From Savitreella phatthalungensis (Eukaryota), in NCBI GenBank assembly GCA_051599415.1, contig AP039690.1, positions 682,001-746,000 of the forward strand: a stretch of 64,000 nucleotides of DNA, given 5' to 3'. The notes under the pieces were generated by a model, which was not told the DNA's origin, did no database searches, and saw only the letters and a program-made list of their open reading frames with translations. This document shows, in pieces, positions 30,801-42,597 of this stretch. Positions within the stretch are counted from its first letter, which is position 1. Each line of letters opens with the position of its first letter. A program made the translations under genes and the position numbers.

Positions 30801-33800
30801 AGCGACCAGATGCGCCAGTTGCACTGCGCAAGTCTGCCATTCAAGCTGTCTCCCAGCTATCGCGGAAAGTCAACTTCAGCGATCTCTCATCTCGGATCGT
30901 GCATCCGCTTGCGCGTGTGCTGGCCTCAGGGCCGAGCGAGCTTCGTGGATCAGCCATGGATTGCCTATGCGCACTGGTCTTCCAACTCGGGTACGACTAC
31001 GCCATCTTCATTCCGATGATCAACAAGTGTCTAATGCGGAACCGTATCCAGCACGCCAACTACGACCTCCTTGTCTCAAAGCTCCTGAAGGGCGAATCTC
31101 TCCCGCAAGACCTCAATCCAGACGACTCTTTCGGTGGTGTCCGTGAGAACGATGCCATGAGTGCAGATACAGCAGCCAAAAAGTTGCCCGTCAACCAGCA
31201 GCATCTGAAAAACGCTTGGGAGGCATCCCAGCGGTCGACACGAGACGATTGGCAAGAGTGGATTCGCAGGCTCTCCGTCGAGTTGCTGAACGAGTCGCCC
31301 TCTCACGCCCTCCGCGCCTGTGCTGGACTTGCAGGACTTTACTTTCCGCTCGCCAAAGAGTTGTTCAATGCAGCTTTCGTATCCTGCTGGACAGAGCTGT
31401 ACGAGCAGTACCAGGACGAACTCGTCAAGGCGATCGAGACCGCTCTGACATCACCAAACATCCCGCCAGAAATCCTTCAGACCCTGCTCAACCTCGCAGA
31501 GTTCATGGAGCACGACGACAAAGCCCTGCCAATTGATATACGCACCCTCGGCTCATACGCTACCAAATGTCATGCTTTCGCCAAAGCGCTCCACTACAAA
31601 GAGCTAGAATTCATCTCCGAGCCCACAACTGAGACGATTGAATCCCTCATTTCCATCAACAACCAGCTCCAGCAGCCAGATGCAGCTATCGGTATCCTCA
31701 CATACGCGCAGCAGCATCATGACCTCGAGCTCAAGGAGACCTGGTACGAGAAGCTCCAGCGATGGGAGGACGCACTCAACGCATACGAGCGGCGATCACC
31801 GGAAGAGCAGAGTACTTTCACCGTCACGATGGGTAAGATGAGATGTCTGCACGCGCTCGGCGAGTGGGAGCATCTATCCTCTCTCGCGCAGGACAAATGG
31901 CTGCACGCCGGCTCGGATGTCCGCCGTCACATTGCGCCGCTTGCGGCAGCTGCGGCCTGGGGTCTAGGTCAGTGGGAGCTCATGGACGACTACATTGGAA
32001 TCATGAAGAGTGATGCGCCAGACCGCGCCTTTTTCAAAGCCATTATCTCCCTACACCGCAACCAATTCCCCGATGCTCTCGTCCACATCACCAAAGCCCG
32101 TGATCTCCTCGACACGGAACTCACCGCGCTCGTCGGAGAGTCATATAACCGCGCCTACAGCGTTGTCGTCCGTGTCCAGATGCTCGCAGAACTCGAAGAG
32201 ATCATCGCGTACAAGCAGAGCAAGGACTCGCCAGACCGTCAAGCGACCATGCGCAAGACCTGGATGAAACGACTCAAAGGCTGTCAGCGCAACGTCGAGG
32301 TATGGCAACGCATGCTCAAAGTGCGTGCACTCGTCATCTCGCCAGAGGAGAACATGGAGATGTGGATCAAGTTCGCAAACCTGTGTCGCAAGAGCGGTCG
32401 TCTTGGTCTCGCTGAAAAGTCACTCAACTCACTCATCCCAGACGACATCTCAGCAGGCGACGTCACGCAGGCGCATCCAAAGGTCGTCTACGCTCATGTC
32501 AAATACCAATACGCGACACAGGACCCGCCCACCGCTCTCAACAACCTCCGCGAGTTCACTGCCCGCCTATCGACCGATCTCGGAATGCGTGTACGTGACA
32601 CTGAGCAAGTTTCAGCCATCCGGCAGGACTCGATCCAGACGGATGTCGCAGACTACTACAAGCTCCTGGCACGCTGCTATCACAAACAAGGCGAATGGCA
32701 AGTCGCGCTCGACCCAGATTGGACCGCCGGAAACGTTGATGAAGTCCTCCAATCCTACAACCTGGCAACCAACTTCGACAAGGACTGGTACAAGGCCTGG
32801 CATTCCTGGGCTCTCGCCAACTTCGATGTCATTCAGTTCCATGAGGCACAGGAAGGAGGTATTCCTCAGAACTTGGTTGCTCAACGAATCAAGCCTGCCG
32901 TACAAGCTTTCTTCAGATCGATCGCCCTCAGCTCAGGCAACTCACTCCAAGACACACTCAGACTACTCAGCCTCTGGTTCAAGTATGCAAACGAGCCTGA
33001 GATCAGCCAGGCCATCACAGAAGGCTTCACCACTGTCAGCATCGATACCTGGCTGGAAGTGATTCCACAGCTGATCGCTCGAATTCACGCGCCTGGTGCG
33101 AACGTGCGTCGATTGATCCACCAGCTGCTAGCCGATGTCGGTCGAGCGCATCCGCAGGCACTCATCTACTCTCTCACAGTTGCATCCAAATCGCAGAGCG
33201 TGCCCAGGCAGAAGGCTGCGCTCGACGTCATGGACAAGATGAAGGTCCACAGCGCAGTGCTAGTGGAACAAGCTCAACTTGTCTCCCACGAGCTCATTCG
33301 CGTCGCCATCCTCTGGCATGAACAATGGCACGAAGGTCTCGAAGAAGCGTCCCGGCTGTACTTTGGCGACCGCAACATCGAGGCCATGTTTGCCACGCTC
33401 GAGCCACTGCACGAGATGCTCGAGCGCGGGCCAGAGACGCTGCGAGAGACAAGCTTCAACCAAGCATTCGGCCGGGACCTTCAAGAAGCTAGATCCTGGT
33501 GTCAGAAGTACCGCAAGACCGGCGAACTCGCGGACCTCAACCAGGCTTGGGATCTCTACTACCAAGTGTTCCGCAAGATCAGTCGTCAGCTTCCACAGCT
33601 CACCACGCTCGAGCTTCAGTACGTCTCCCCAAAGCTCCTCGCAGCGCGCGACCTCGAGCTTGCAGTCCCTGGCACGTACCACTCCGGTCGTGAGGTGATC
33701 AAGATCGCCAGCTTCACCTCCACCTTCAACGTGATCACGTCCAAACAGCGTCCACGACGTCTCACAGTTCGGGGAAGTGACGGACATGAGTACCAGTATC

Positions 33801-35047
33801 TGCTCAAGGGCCACGAAGACATCCGTCAGGACGAGCGAGTCATGCAGCTATTTGGGCTTGTCAACACCCTCCTCTCCGTCGACTCGGAATCCTTCAAGCG
33901 CCATCTCAACATCCAAAGGTACCCGGTCATCCCGCTCTCCCCCAATAGTGGTCTCCTCGGCTGGGTACCCGACAGCGACACTCTCCACATCCTGATTCGA
34001 GACTACCGTGACTCCCGCAAGATCCTGCTCAACATCGAACACCGGCTGATGCTCCAAATGGCTCCGGATTACGATCACCTCACCCTCCTTCAGAAGGTCG
34101 AGGTCTTCGAGTACGCGCTCGACAACACCACAGGTCAAGACCTCTACCGTGTCCTCTGGCTCAAGTCGCGCAGTTCTGAGTCCTGGCTCGACAGGCGCAC
34201 CAACTACACGCGATCACTCGCGGTCATGTCCATGGCAGGCTACATCCTCGGTCTAGGTGACCGACATCCATCCAACCTCATGCTCGACCGATACACGGGC
34301 AAGGTAATTCACATCGATTTCGGCGACTGTTTCGAGGTGGCTATGCACCGTGAAAAGTTCCCGGAGAAGATTCCATTCCGGCTGACGCGGATGTTGGTCA
34401 ATGCGATGGAAGTATCCGGTATCGAAGGCTCCTTCCGCATCACCTGCGAGCATGTCATGCGCGTCCTCCGCGACAACAAGGAGTCCCTCATGGCCGTTCT
34501 AGAAGCGTTCGTGTACGACCCGCTCATCAACTGGCGTCTGATGACGACTGCGGCAAGTCCAGGAGAACCCATTAACGCGGCAGCCCAACAGCGTCGCACA
34601 TCCCTCACAGAAATCGAAGCAGACGCAGCAGATGGGGGTCAGCAAGCAGACGTAGCAGCAGACGCAGCCGCCACAGCAGACTCTACTACGGAGCCACCAA
34701 ATACGACTGACGAGGACCTGCCTGCGAGCGCGAGCGCCGCAGCGCGTCAGAATGGTAATGGAGGAGCTCCTATCACCACCACAACAACCGAGGAAGTGGC
34801 GCTGGCTGCTGCTCGACGCGGCCGCGCTGATGAGTCCGAGCAATTGCGTGAAGCCCAGCACAACCCGGAGGTCCTCAACCAAAGGGCAGTCAATGTCCTC
34901 AACCGCGTGTCCAACAAACTCACAGGCAGAGACTTCAGACCTGACCAGGAACTCGACGTGAAGATGCAAGTCGAGCGACTCATCCAGCAAGCTACCTCCC
35001 TCGAGAACCTCTGCCAGTGCTACATCGGCTGGTGTTCGTTCTGGTAA
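27854..35047 (+). CDS. TOR: Target of rapamycin kinase
   Basis: HEAT repeats, FAT, FRB ([17 protein letters not shown]), PI3K-like kinase ([15 protein letters not shown]), FATC (YIGWCSFW). A small upstream exon cannot be excluded. Confidence 0.99.
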   Translation: MEHIFTDLRSRHEEVRTRAASDLRDYVSATARELSGEAFTRFNNDINKRIFELIHSNDICDKLGAIAAIDKLIDIDGEEGNTKITRFANYLRIVLPGNDVQAMSMAAKALGRLAVSGGVLTVEFVEFEIKRALEWLQGDRNENRRMAAVLMLKEFAINAPTLIYSYVSQILDLLWTALRDPKVIIRNAAADNLASCLDIILQRETSLRVQWYVRILEEADHGLKSSSADVVHGSLLAYRALLLKAGMFMHEKYRGACELVLRYKDHRDNLIRRTVVGLIPTLASYNPNDFINSYLQKSMVHLLAQLKKDRDRSYSFIVIGEVAIAVKSAINPYLEAILANVREGLSIKQRGSTKRENEAAIFKCVSLLATAVGQALRPHMHELLDMMFASGLSEALARALVDLANYIPPLLASIQERLLNLIALILSGKPFRPPGSPHNQTASITREMREAYAASETRDAELVTLALTILGSFDFTNHVLNEFVRDCVITYLEDDNAEVRKAAALTSCQLFVRDPICFQTSTYAIQLVGEVLEKLLTVGIADPDHAIRQIVLSSLDERFDRHLAQAENVRSLFIALNDEVFEIRQITITIIGRLTYHNPAYVMPSLRKTLIQLLTELEYSGVSRNKEESSRLLAFLVAAASKLIKPYVEPMLRVLLPKAKDPSPGVSSSVMAALGELSVVGGEDLVKYLRQLMPLIIETLQDQSSSVKRDAALKTLGQLARSSGYVIDPYLDYPILLDTLIAILKTEQTGSIRRETVKLIGILGALDPYRHQLLSSGPEDNMPEQKAVTQDVSLLLNGMNPSAEEYYPTVVITTLMSILKDPSLSIHHTAVIQAIMYIFKTLGLRCVPFLSQIIPGFLAVMRTSTPSILEFYFQQLGILISIVKQHIRNFLPDVFRLIKEYWNPTSNLQLTILTLIESVARALEGEFKAYLPSLLPLMLNIFDVDTTPGRAPTHKVLHAFIVFGSNVEEYMHLVLPVIVRVFERPDAPVALRKSAIQAVSQLSRKVNFSDLSSRIVHPLARVLASGPSELRGSAMDCLCALVFQLGYDYAIFIPMINKCLMRNRIQHANYDLLVSKLLKGESLPQDLNPDDSFGGVRENDAMSADTAAKKLPVNQQHLKNAWEASQRSTRDDWQEWIRRLSVELLNESPSHALRACAGLAGLYFPLAKELFNAAFVSCWTELYEQYQDELVKAIETALTSPNIPPEILQTLLNLAEFMEHDDKALPIDIRTLGSYATKCHAFAKALHYKELEFISEPTTETIESLISINNQLQQPDAAIGILTYAQQHHDLELKETWYEKLQRWEDALNAYERRSPEEQSTFTVTMGKMRCLHALGEWEHLSSLAQDKWLHAGSDVRRHIAPLAAAAAWGLGQWELMDDYIGIMKSDAPDRAFFKAIISLHRNQFPDALVHITKARDLLDTELTALVGESYNRAYSVVVRVQMLAELEEIIAYKQSKDSPDRQATMRKTWMKRLKGCQRNVEVWQRMLKVRALVISPEENMEMWIKFANLCRKSGRLGLAEKSLNSLIPDDISAGDVTQAHPKVVYAHVKYQYATQDPPTALNNLREFTARLSTDLGMRVRDTEQVSAIRQDSIQTDVADYYKLLARCYHKQGEWQVALDPDWTAGNVDEVLQSYNLATNFDKDWYKAWHSWALANFDVIQFHEAQEGGIPQNLVAQRIKPAVQAFFRSIALSSGNSLQDTLRLLSLWFKYANEPEISQAITEGFTTVSIDTWLEVIPQLIARIHAPGANVRRLIHQLLADVGRAHPQALIYSLTVASKSQSVPRQKAALDVMDKMKVHSAVLVEQAQLVSHELIRVAILWHEQWHEGLEEASRLYFGDRNIEAMFATLEPLHEMLERGPETLRETSFNQAFGRDLQEARSWCQKYRKTGELADLNQAWDLYYQVFRKISRQLPQLTTLELQYVSPKLLAARDLELAVPGTYHSGREVIKIASFTSTFNVITSKQRPRRLTVRGSDGHEYQYLLKGHEDIRQDERVMQLFGLVNTLLSVDSESFKRHLNIQRYPVIPLSPNSGLLGWVPDSDTLHILIRDYRDSRKILLNIEHRLMLQMAPDYDHLTLLQKVEVFEYALDNTTGQDLYRVLWLKSRSSESWLDRRTNYTRSLAVMSMAGYILGLGDRHPSNLMLDRYTGKVIHIDFGDCFEVAMHREKFPEKIPFRLTRMLVNAMEVSGIEGSFRITCEHVMRVLRDNKESLMAVLEAFVYDPLINWRLMTTAASPGEPINAAAQQRRTSLTEIEADAADGGQQADVAADAAATADSTTEPPNTTDEDLPASASAAARQNGNGGAPITTTTTEEVALAAARRGRADESEQLREAQHNPEVLNQRAVNVLNRVSNKLTGRDFRPDQELDVKMQVERLIQQATSLENLCQCYIGWCSFW

Positions 35048-35094
35048 GTAGGAGCTATCTTAACGTTTGTATGTACATATCGTATTCTTCTTTC

Positions 35095-36285
35095 CTATGC
35101 AAAGCACAACACCTGTTTCCCGCCAGTCGCAGACTCTTCCAGAGCCCTTTTGAAGATCTCGAGACTCTCCTCTTCAGACTGTGTCGCCACATCCCACCAA
35201 TGCAACTTGGGTTGCGGCGCAGCGAACTTGCCGTCCTTGACCAGTGTGAGTATATCGCGAAGCATGTCAATCTTGCCCTCCGGATTCTTAGCTGCCCATC
35301 TTGACACCCAGAAGCCGTGGAAGTGGATATCGCGGAAGATCAGTGGCGAAGCAGCAAGTTTGAGCGGCTGCTTCGACATCGCACCGTACGTTACATGATG
35401 TCCACCGTCCTCGAGCGTCTTGACGAGATTCATCCCGTTGATGCCAGACACACAGTTGAGTGCTAGCGACACCCCTCGCCCAGTCTCCTGATTCCGCCAC
35501 GCAGACTTGACATTCTCCTTGACAAAGTCGCGATCGCCGAGCTGAGTATCCGTGATGACGACATCTGCACCGAGCGCCTCAAGCTCCGCCTTTGTCTTCT
35601 CCCACCCAGGGCGCTCCCTGATCACGTTGATCGACCGGTACCCCCACAGGCGGGAGAATTGGACGGCGCATCTGCCAACAGCCGAGGACGCACCATTCTG
35701 AATCCACCAATCGCCTTTCCCGAGCGTACTGAAATCAAGCAGCATCCTGTACGCCGTGCACGGATTCACACCAACCACAGCCACCTGCACAGGATCCAAT
35801 CCGTCCGTCAACCCATCACCCATCACCTTAGACAACCCAATCAGCGAATCTCCTTTCACCACAGCGTGTGACCGCCATGTCCCGAACCCAGGACGTTTCA
35901 AGATACACCATTCGCCAAGGCGCCACTTCATGTCGAGGTGGTCTCGACCGGGCTTGATGATCTCGCACAGGGCTTCGTTGCCACCGACGGCGAGCGGCGG
36001 GTCTGCGTCCGAGAGGGAAGGATCAAAGTGGGGCCGGGTAGGGTAGACTCCTTCGATCTGGTTCAGGTCGGCAGGGTTGATAGGGGAGGCGAGAAAGCGG
36101 ACGAGGAATTCATCAGATCGGGGCTCACCAGTCTCGTACTCGTGAACTTTCAACACATCGCCAGGTGCACCATACCGGTCAAACACGATCGCCCGAGACG
36201 TGATACCTCGCCGTCGAAGAGAGGACGTGGTGGAGAGGGAGAGTGAGGAGCCTCGGGAGCGAAGGACTCTAGAGAGCAAGTGCAT
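35095..36285 (-). CDS. ETR1: Mitochondrial trans-2-enoyl-ACP reductase
   Basis: R/S/L-rich presequence; ASPINPADLNQIEGVYP, VNPCTAYRML, TYGAMSKQP, GFWVSRW. Confidence 0.95.
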   Translation of the reverse strand: MHLLSRVLRSRGSSLSLSTTSSLRRRGITSRAIVFDRYGAPGDVLKVHEYETGEPRSDEFLVRFLASPINPADLNQIEGVYPTRPHFDPSLSDADPPLAVGGNEALCEIIKPGRDHLDMKWRLGEWCILKRPGFGTWRSHAVVKGDSLIGLSKVMGDGLTDGLDPVQVAVVGVNPCTAYRMLLDFSTLGKGDWWIQNGASSAVGRCAVQFSRLWGYRSINVIRERPGWEKTKAELEALGADVVITDTQLGDRDFVKENVKSAWRNQETGRGVSLALNCVSGINGMNLVKTLEDGGHHVTYGAMSKQPLKLAASPLIFRDIHFHGFWVSRWAAKNPEGKIDMLRDILTLVKDGKFAAPQPKLHWWDVATQSEEESLEIFKRALEESATGGKQVLCFA

Positions 36286-36354
36286 AGAGGTAGAGATGAA
36301 GGATTGACGTAGTTTGTGGATTCCTGCATTTAACGTCAGGTATCGATTAATTTA

Positions 36355-36396
36355 AAGTCGAATTACCGAAACCTGGACACGTGTTATCATGGACAC
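36355..36396 (+). repeat. Left TIR
   Basis: aagtcgaattaccgaaacctggacacgtgttatcatggacac, with internal direct repeat TGGACAC twice. Confidence 0.95.
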
Positions 36397-36463
36397 GTAA
36401 TTTAGACGCGTCTTGACCTAGCACCTTGACCTTCAAGACACTGCTACTCGACCAATACCTGCT

Positions 36464-38242
36464 ATGAAGGACCAGGAGAAGGAGCTACGCATGCAGGCGG
36501 CTGTGGAGTACTACCTGGAGGGAAAGGAGGCAGGAGCTATCTCTATTTGCGAAGCAGCAGCAGAATTTGACGTATCCTCCAGTTCTTTGCACCTTCGCCT
36601 TTCCAATGGCAATAGGGGCTACCACACAGCAGCAGAAGATCGCCAGAGACTCACCAAGACACAGGAACAGGCTGTCCTTGACATAGTCAACAGCAGAGCA
36701 GCTGCAGGTTATCCTATGATGCCTGTAGAGGTGCAGGACCTAGCAGATCTTTTTTACAGATCTCGCGGAAACACAGACTGGCTCGGTGGAAGGTGGTTTG
36801 ACTCCTTCAAAAGGCGTCACCCTACTATTCAGACTACTCTGGCAAGGCGCATTGACCACGCGCGCCTGTACGCGGTGAATCCAGCTGCTGTGGACGCGTA
36901 TTGGCAGCGCCTAGGCAGCTACCTTACCCCGCACAGTGTGCAGCCTGAAGACGTATGGAACGCTGACAAATCTGGCCTCATGGTGGGACGCTCACAGACC
37001 ACACAGGTAGTGGTTCCTGTGGGAAAGGTCCGAGGAACTGCGAGCTACGCAGCAGACAACGGAAATCGCGAAACAATCACCTGCCTAGCCTGTATCTCTG
37101 CAGCAGGCGCGCATCTACCGCCAATCCTCATCTTCAAACGCACAGAGGCAAAGATCAAGGCATGGGCCAAGGCTAAGGAGGAAGGAACAAGGCCGCCAGA
37201 TGAGGCAGCATACCTAGGACCTCCAGGCAGCGTGGTACGATCATTTCACTCTTTGAACGGCTTCGCCACTTCAGAGATCATGTGCAGCTGGCTGCTGGAC
37301 ATCTTCCTGCCTGCTACTGCTAGCGAGCCACAGAGAACGCGCATCCTGGTGATAGATGGCGCAGGACCTCACATTACACACAGGTTTCTCTACCTATGCG
37401 CAAAAAACGATCTCAAACTGGTCTACCTGCCTGCTCACAGCTCCCACATCACACAGCCTCTTGACCTAGCTATATTCTCGCCTCTCAAGAGGAAATACAG
37501 CGAACAGGTGAAGGCCTTATCCTACAGGCAAGGTGGAAAGTCAATCACGCGCGTACAGTTTATCAAGGCCTTCTGTGCAGCCTTCAATGCAGCAATGACG
37601 CGCGAAAACATCCTTTCTGGCTTCAAGGCAGCAGGTATAAACCCCTACCACATGGACGCTATTTGCCGAGGGCTAGCGAAGCACCGATGCGAGGTACAGG
37701 GCGGCGTTGAGGACAGTAGCGCTGCTCTACGATCGCCTCTACAACCACTGCCTACTAACCTACTTGGCAGCACTCCTTTACCTCCAAAAAGAACGCGATC
37801 ACTGGTGCTGAAGGCAGGCAAAACGCAGCTAGACATCCTGGACAGCGCACTGCTAGATCGCACACAATTCGCCTCGCACTATGAGGAGCTGCACACACGC
37901 TTTGAGAGCGCCAGTGCTCGCTTGGAGGATGCCCTGGCCACCATAGAAACCCTCCAGGGCAGGCTCACTCGCACTGTGCACAGGGTAAATCCACAGGCGA
38001 TGTTTGCCTCGATGGACTGGCTATTAGGCCTGCTAGGCAGTGAGATCTCAGATGCGCGCTGGCAGTTCGTGCTAGACGAGGCTAAGAAGGCTAAGATTGA
38101 TCCAGAGGCTTGGCTACAGGCCAAGGGCGAGGCTGGCGTGCGTACAGCCCTAGCAGAGGTGCTACCATCGAGTACTGCGCAGTCTACAAGGAAGACCTCG
38201 GCGAAGAAGCGACAGAAACATAGTATTTTTTTGTGTCCATGA
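36464..38242 (+). CDS. pogo/Fot1 transposase (HTH psq + CENP-B HTH + DDE_1), DD35D
   Basis: WFDSFKRRHP; NADKSG; IDG...QPLD with 35 residues between the Asp residues; stop codon inside the right TIR. Confidence 0.95.
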   Translation: MKDQEKELRMQAAVEYYLEGKEAGAISICEAAAEFDVSSSSLHLRLSNGNRGYHTAAEDRQRLTKTQEQAVLDIVNSRAAAGYPMMPVEVQDLADLFYRSRGNTDWLGGRWFDSFKRRHPTIQTTLARRIDHARLYAVNPAAVDAYWQRLGSYLTPHSVQPEDVWNADKSGLMVGRSQTTQVVVPVGKVRGTASYAADNGNRETITCLACISAAGAHLPPILIFKRTEAKIKAWAKAKEEGTRPPDEAAYLGPPGSVVRSFHSLNGFATSEIMCSWLLDIFLPATASEPQRTRILVIDGAGPHITHRFLYLCAKNDLKLVYLPAHSSHITQPLDLAIFSPLKRKYSEQVKALSYRQGGKSITRVQFIKAFCAAFNAAMTRENILSGFKAAGINPYHMDAICRGLAKHRCEVQGGVEDSSAALRSPLQPLPTNLLGSTPLPPKRTRSLVLKAGKTQLDILDSALLDRTQFASHYEELHTRFESASARLEDALATIETLQGRLTRTVHRVNPQAMFASMDWLLGLLGSEISDARWQFVLDEAKKAKIDPEAWLQAKGEAGVRTALAEVLPSSTAQSTRKTSAKKRQKHSIFLCP

Positions 38243-38274
38243 TAACACGTGTCCAGGTTTCGGTAATTCGACTT
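38233..38274 (-). repeat. Right TIR
   Basis: Exact reverse complement of 36355-36396. Confidence 0.95.
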
Positions 38275-39422
38275 TAATTGTACAGACGAGAGGAGGATCA
38301 ATTTGGTGACATTTGTGGAGAGATTCCCGTGTCAACGAATTGCGAATTCGAATGCACAATCAATGAAACACATTTAACTGACATTCGATGAAAAATGATG
38401 AGAAGGCAGCAGCGCCAGAAGCAGCAAGTTGCTAATTACTGTCGCCTTCATGGACCTAAAATATCATGAGAATGCTGTCAAGGGCTGGAGACGACGATCT
38501 ACGTAGCAAGAGATTGGGCGAGTGATTGACTGACTTAGTGGACTCCGTTCAGAAGAGACAGGATAGTCTGAGCTAGTCCATGTAATTCTCTGCATTAGGT
38601 GAAAATAAAGATCAAGTCGATTTTCACCCCAAATAGAAATTGATAATTTAAACTCATAGTCTTCATGGTTTGGAGTACTCAGTATATGAAAAGGTCAGGC
38701 TCAGGCTCAGGCTTCAAGAAGAGGAAAGCTATACAACCAACTGATATACTGCTCATGATATATCCTGTACTGTGAACTTGCCCATCGCTGACAAACATGT
38801 GAGTTGTGTTCATGATTGACGTGCTATTCAGACTCTTTCAATCTCTCCATTCGATCCGAGATCTAAGCAACTAATCATCCTATTTGGGATTAAGTCTCTT
38901 TCTTACTCAACTGGCTAGCTATAGTCATGAATTTGTTACCGAGGAAAAGAGGTAATGCCGCGGCAATTGATTCCTCCAATCTGACACATGTGAAAGAAGA
39001 AAAAAGATCTCAAACTGCTTGTGCCAATCGATATACACGACTGCCACAAGGTTTAGGCTCGCTTACAAGAAATTTCCTTCCCTTGTGTTTCCTTTTTCAT
39101 ATTCAAAAGGAGATCTCTGTAACAAAAAGTGGACATAACAAGGGTAAACCTCCTTCCACATCCAAGGGTCAAATAGTAAATCAAGTTAGCTAAGTTAGCT
39201 CGGGAAGGAGAATCCCACCTGGAATACATCGAATAATCTCCATTCAGTAATATCCCCACAGGTATTCATTATACCCCTTCCAGCCTCTTTCAGCCAGGAC
39301 TCTAATGGCAACCCAGTCCAACAGCTCACCCGTCGATTCAAATCAATCTCAGACAGCACAACGACTGAATCTATACCCAGCCAGCACTCACCCTCAAACA
39401 TCCACACCAACATACACCTCCA

Positions 39423-39473
39423 ACACACACACACTCACAAACACACACTCACACACACACACACATACGCACA
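39423..39473. repeat. Imperfect (AC)n microsatellite
   Basis: acacacacacactcacaaacacacactcacacacacacacacatacgcaca. Confidence 0.85.
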
Positions 39474-40065
39474 GGGATACAACCACTCGCCCATTCAGTC
39501 ACTTAATCACATTCCCCAATACACCAAATATACCCACATTCATCATCCTCAAAGCACTTTAGATCACCCTCTGCTCAATCGCTCTTCGTCCACTAATCTA
39601 CCTCCCATCGGTCCTCCACGCACTTAGCAAATCCACAAACACCCCGGTTCTACACTCATCAACGCGCAATCACTCCAGACGCACGGATCACCCGCTTTCT
39701 TGTACTTGCGTGCATCCATCCACTCTACTCACTCCATCCACTTCACGCGCTCTCTGTCCGGCTCTTCAAGTATCAGATAGACAACCTCGTCTCGTGCTTG
39801 GAACCATCGTCTGACGCAGGCGCTCTCACGATCAATCACGATCAACCACTCCCTCTAGCGTGTCTTTGATCGATTCCGTCCTATCGCGCGACTAATATAA
39901 CCACGCGCACCTTACATTCACCTTTCCGTCAACGACACGCGTTCTCATCTCCTTACAACGGCAGGTCCCCAACATATCCATCTGCCAGACAGACGGATAA
40001 GCCACATATAGTCCACCCACTCACAAAACACACCTACTCACCTACACATACACAAACACTTACAG

Positions 40066-40488
40066 ATGTCTGTCGTCGCGAGCTCGCACACGGCAGTCAG
40101 CCACGACAACGCCACTAGCGCGATCGGTGGAAAATCATCTACGTTTCACTCTGCCGGAAGTGGCATGACTGGTGGTGTTGTTGGTAGCGGGGATGCTCGA
40201 TCTGTCGGTAGTGTGAGCAGTGCTCTTGAGAAGCAGGCTGCGATGTATGAGGCTGACATGGAGCGTCTGCGGGTGCCTGCACTCGAGTCCCAGCGCAAGT
40301 CGCTGAGCGAGCAGCAGGCCTCGGAGTTTGCAACCTTGGCAGTCTGCGCAAAGATAGAGCGCGCCTATGCCAGGAGACTTTCAAAGCAGGACGCAGACCT
40401 GCCATCACTAAGACCCAGGCAGCCCTCAGAGAAATCCATCCACACAGGATCAAACTCAACACCCACGCAACCTCATCCGACCTTGTGA
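40066..40488 (+). CDS. Small hypothetical protein, probably conserved in fungi
   Basis: ATG after a CA-rich leader; host-like codon use; helical core PALESQR...LAVCAKIERAYARRLSKQDA recalls uncharacterised ascomycete proteins (from memory, unverified). Confidence 0.65.
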   Translation: MSVVASSHTAVSHDNATSAIGGKSSTFHSAGSGMTGGVVGSGDARSVGSVSSALEKQAAMYEADMERLRVPALESQRKSLSEQQASEFATLAVCAKIERAYARRLSKQDADLPSLRPRQPSEKSIHTGSNSTPTQPHPTL

Positions 40489-40858
40489 TCGGGACATCCT
40501 CCCTTTTTTCATTTTCTTTCTGTCACTCTCACTATCTTCTTCCAGTCCTGAAGCAAGGTGCATATGGCCACAGAGACATGACTTCCTTCGCCTAGCAAGG
40601 GCATCCCTTCCACACTTTCATATAATCCAAAGAGACACATTCATTCACATCAGTCATTCATCCCGAATTCGACCCTGCTGATCAAGCTTGACCTTTGTGC
40701 TTTAATTTGCTGCATGATCGATATAGTGTGGGATTAACATGCATCATAATTCGTTTTTCTGAAAATAAAAGTCGTTGCAACGCGTTGCGTACGTACGTTG
40801 ATTCAATCGTGGATAAGAATCGTTCATAGGTGGGAGAGAGTGTGGGGGGTGGCAAAGC

Positions 40859-42597
40859 CTACCCATCGAGCCAGTCAAACTTGAAGTACTGGTGCATGAC
40901 CACCAAGAACCGATCAATGTCTGAGAGTATCTTCACATCTGAAGTCGGAGTCTCATAAATCTTCGCCTTGCCCTTGTCCTTGCTGTTTGTGCTTCCCATC
41001 TCGCCGAGGTCAGTCTGGTTAGCAAATTCTGGGGTACGGGAGTCAGGAACGTCTTCGATTCGAGTCTTCTTGTTAGGTCGGGTCGATGTCGTCTTTAAAC
41101 ACTGTTGGCCACCGGGAGAAGAGATTGGGGAGCTGCTTGTGTTGGGCACGTTCGTCTTAGCCTTCATCGACCTCTTCGTCTTGCTGGGAGAGACCTCCGG
41201 AGACGAGGTCGCCGATGCCTGTGCAGCCGGAGAGCTTAGCTTGTCAGAAGCTTTGCACGGTCCGAAGCAGAGACCATGCTGCAGTGAGCGACGCGAGGAA
41301 ACACCGTCGAGGTGTCTCTGCGACGCCGATAGTAATTCATCGTTCCCTGAGAGGTGAAAAAATCTTGTCAGCCTGGCTCTGCAGAGGTAGCGTGCGGTGG
41401 TAGGGCAAATGGTTCACGGCATTCGTGGCAGTGTTGCACCCTGGGTGCAGTCTTACAACAAACTGGACAGGCGATTGTCAGGCACATCGGACAAGCGCGG
41501 ACCTCGAGACATGCGCGGCAGAGCCTAGCTCCTTTGGGGAATCCGCGGTCGGTCGGGAGGTGGTCGTCGCACAGTACTCGAGGAAGACGGTCTGATGCGT
41601 CTGCCAGCTCCGCTCGGTCAGAGAGTCCAGCCTGGCACATCTCGTTGTCTTCGCACGGCCACGCATCAAGCAAGATCTGTTTGCCGTGTGTAGACGGAAG
41701 ACCCGAGAGAGCAGAGTCGAATGCATGAACCTTCTCATGCCAGGTCGACAGCTCATCGTACTCACGTCCTGATCCTATCAGTTCCACGTACACAGGGACA
41801 TAGGCTGCGCGGGTGACCGTACCTTCATCTGGCTCGCGCAGGGGTATGCCCTGTATACCGAGCACGTATAGCTTGCGCAGCGATGTCTTGCGTCCATTTC
41901 CCAGCACACTCCACTCCAGCATACAATCGACCAGCGCTTGTGCGTGCACCTTCTCGCAGAACCGGAGTGACAAAAGCTGCATCTTGCGCAGATCGTCGCC
42001 TGTGCGCCGGAGCAGATTGCATGCCGTCAGGCTGTCGACGCCAGTGCCATCCAGGCGGAGCTCGAGCAGGTTGGGGCCGACAGACAGATTTCCAACGATA
42101 TTTGTCCAATTGATTTTGCTGAAGTACGGCTGGTAGATCTGCTTGAGATCGACGTAATATCGGTATTTAGACTCATCGCGTGGCCATTCAAAGTTCTGTC
42201 TGCGGCGATCGTAACCAGGGTCGAACTGGCAGAACGTTCTGATGGGTGTCCTGGCGTCGACTGCAAGCTTCATATCGAGCAGCTGCTCGGTGAGATGGTC
42301 AGTCGAAGCGATTCGAGACTTATCCAGCGTGTCTCTATCAGCACACAAAGCGGCTGACTTCATGTATGCCATATCCTGGAGTATCGAGGTCGGTGGCGGA
42401 AGCTTTATAGTCCTCGGATCGAATGCCTTTGTTGCGTTGATGCGGGTCACGCGTGCAGACCGAACTACAGCGTTCATAGCTTGGCATGTCAGACGCAAGT
42501 TGAGCAGATCAATCACGCGGAGATGAGTCAAAACAGACTGCCATACTTCATCAGCGAGGCAAAGGGCAAGCTGCGGGAAGCCAGAATCAATCGTCAT
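40859..42597 (-). CDS. F-box protein with Cys-rich region; two exons (42597-41418, 41346-40859), about 555 aa
   Basis: F-box LADEVWQSVLTHLRVIDLLNLRLTCQ; LRR-like LRLDGT/LSLRFC; CxxC cluster. A 71-nt GTGAAC...GCTGAC...CAG intron joins track ORFs 41368..42597 and 40859..41167 in frame. Confidence 0.7.

Larger units (their letters stand above)
36355..38274 (+). mobile_element. Fot1/pogo-type DNA transposon, 1920 bp
   Basis: Perfect 42-bp TIRs (36355-36396, 38233-38274) flanked by TA (36353-36354, 38275-38276); single transposase ORF. Confidence 0.96.

Noticed and set aside
36352..38277. TTAA at both ends suggesting a piggyBac-type target duplication
   Set aside because: The transposase is pogo/Fot1 DD35D, which duplicates TA; TTAA arises from TA plus adjacent bases. 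The boundary is ambiguous by 1 bp.
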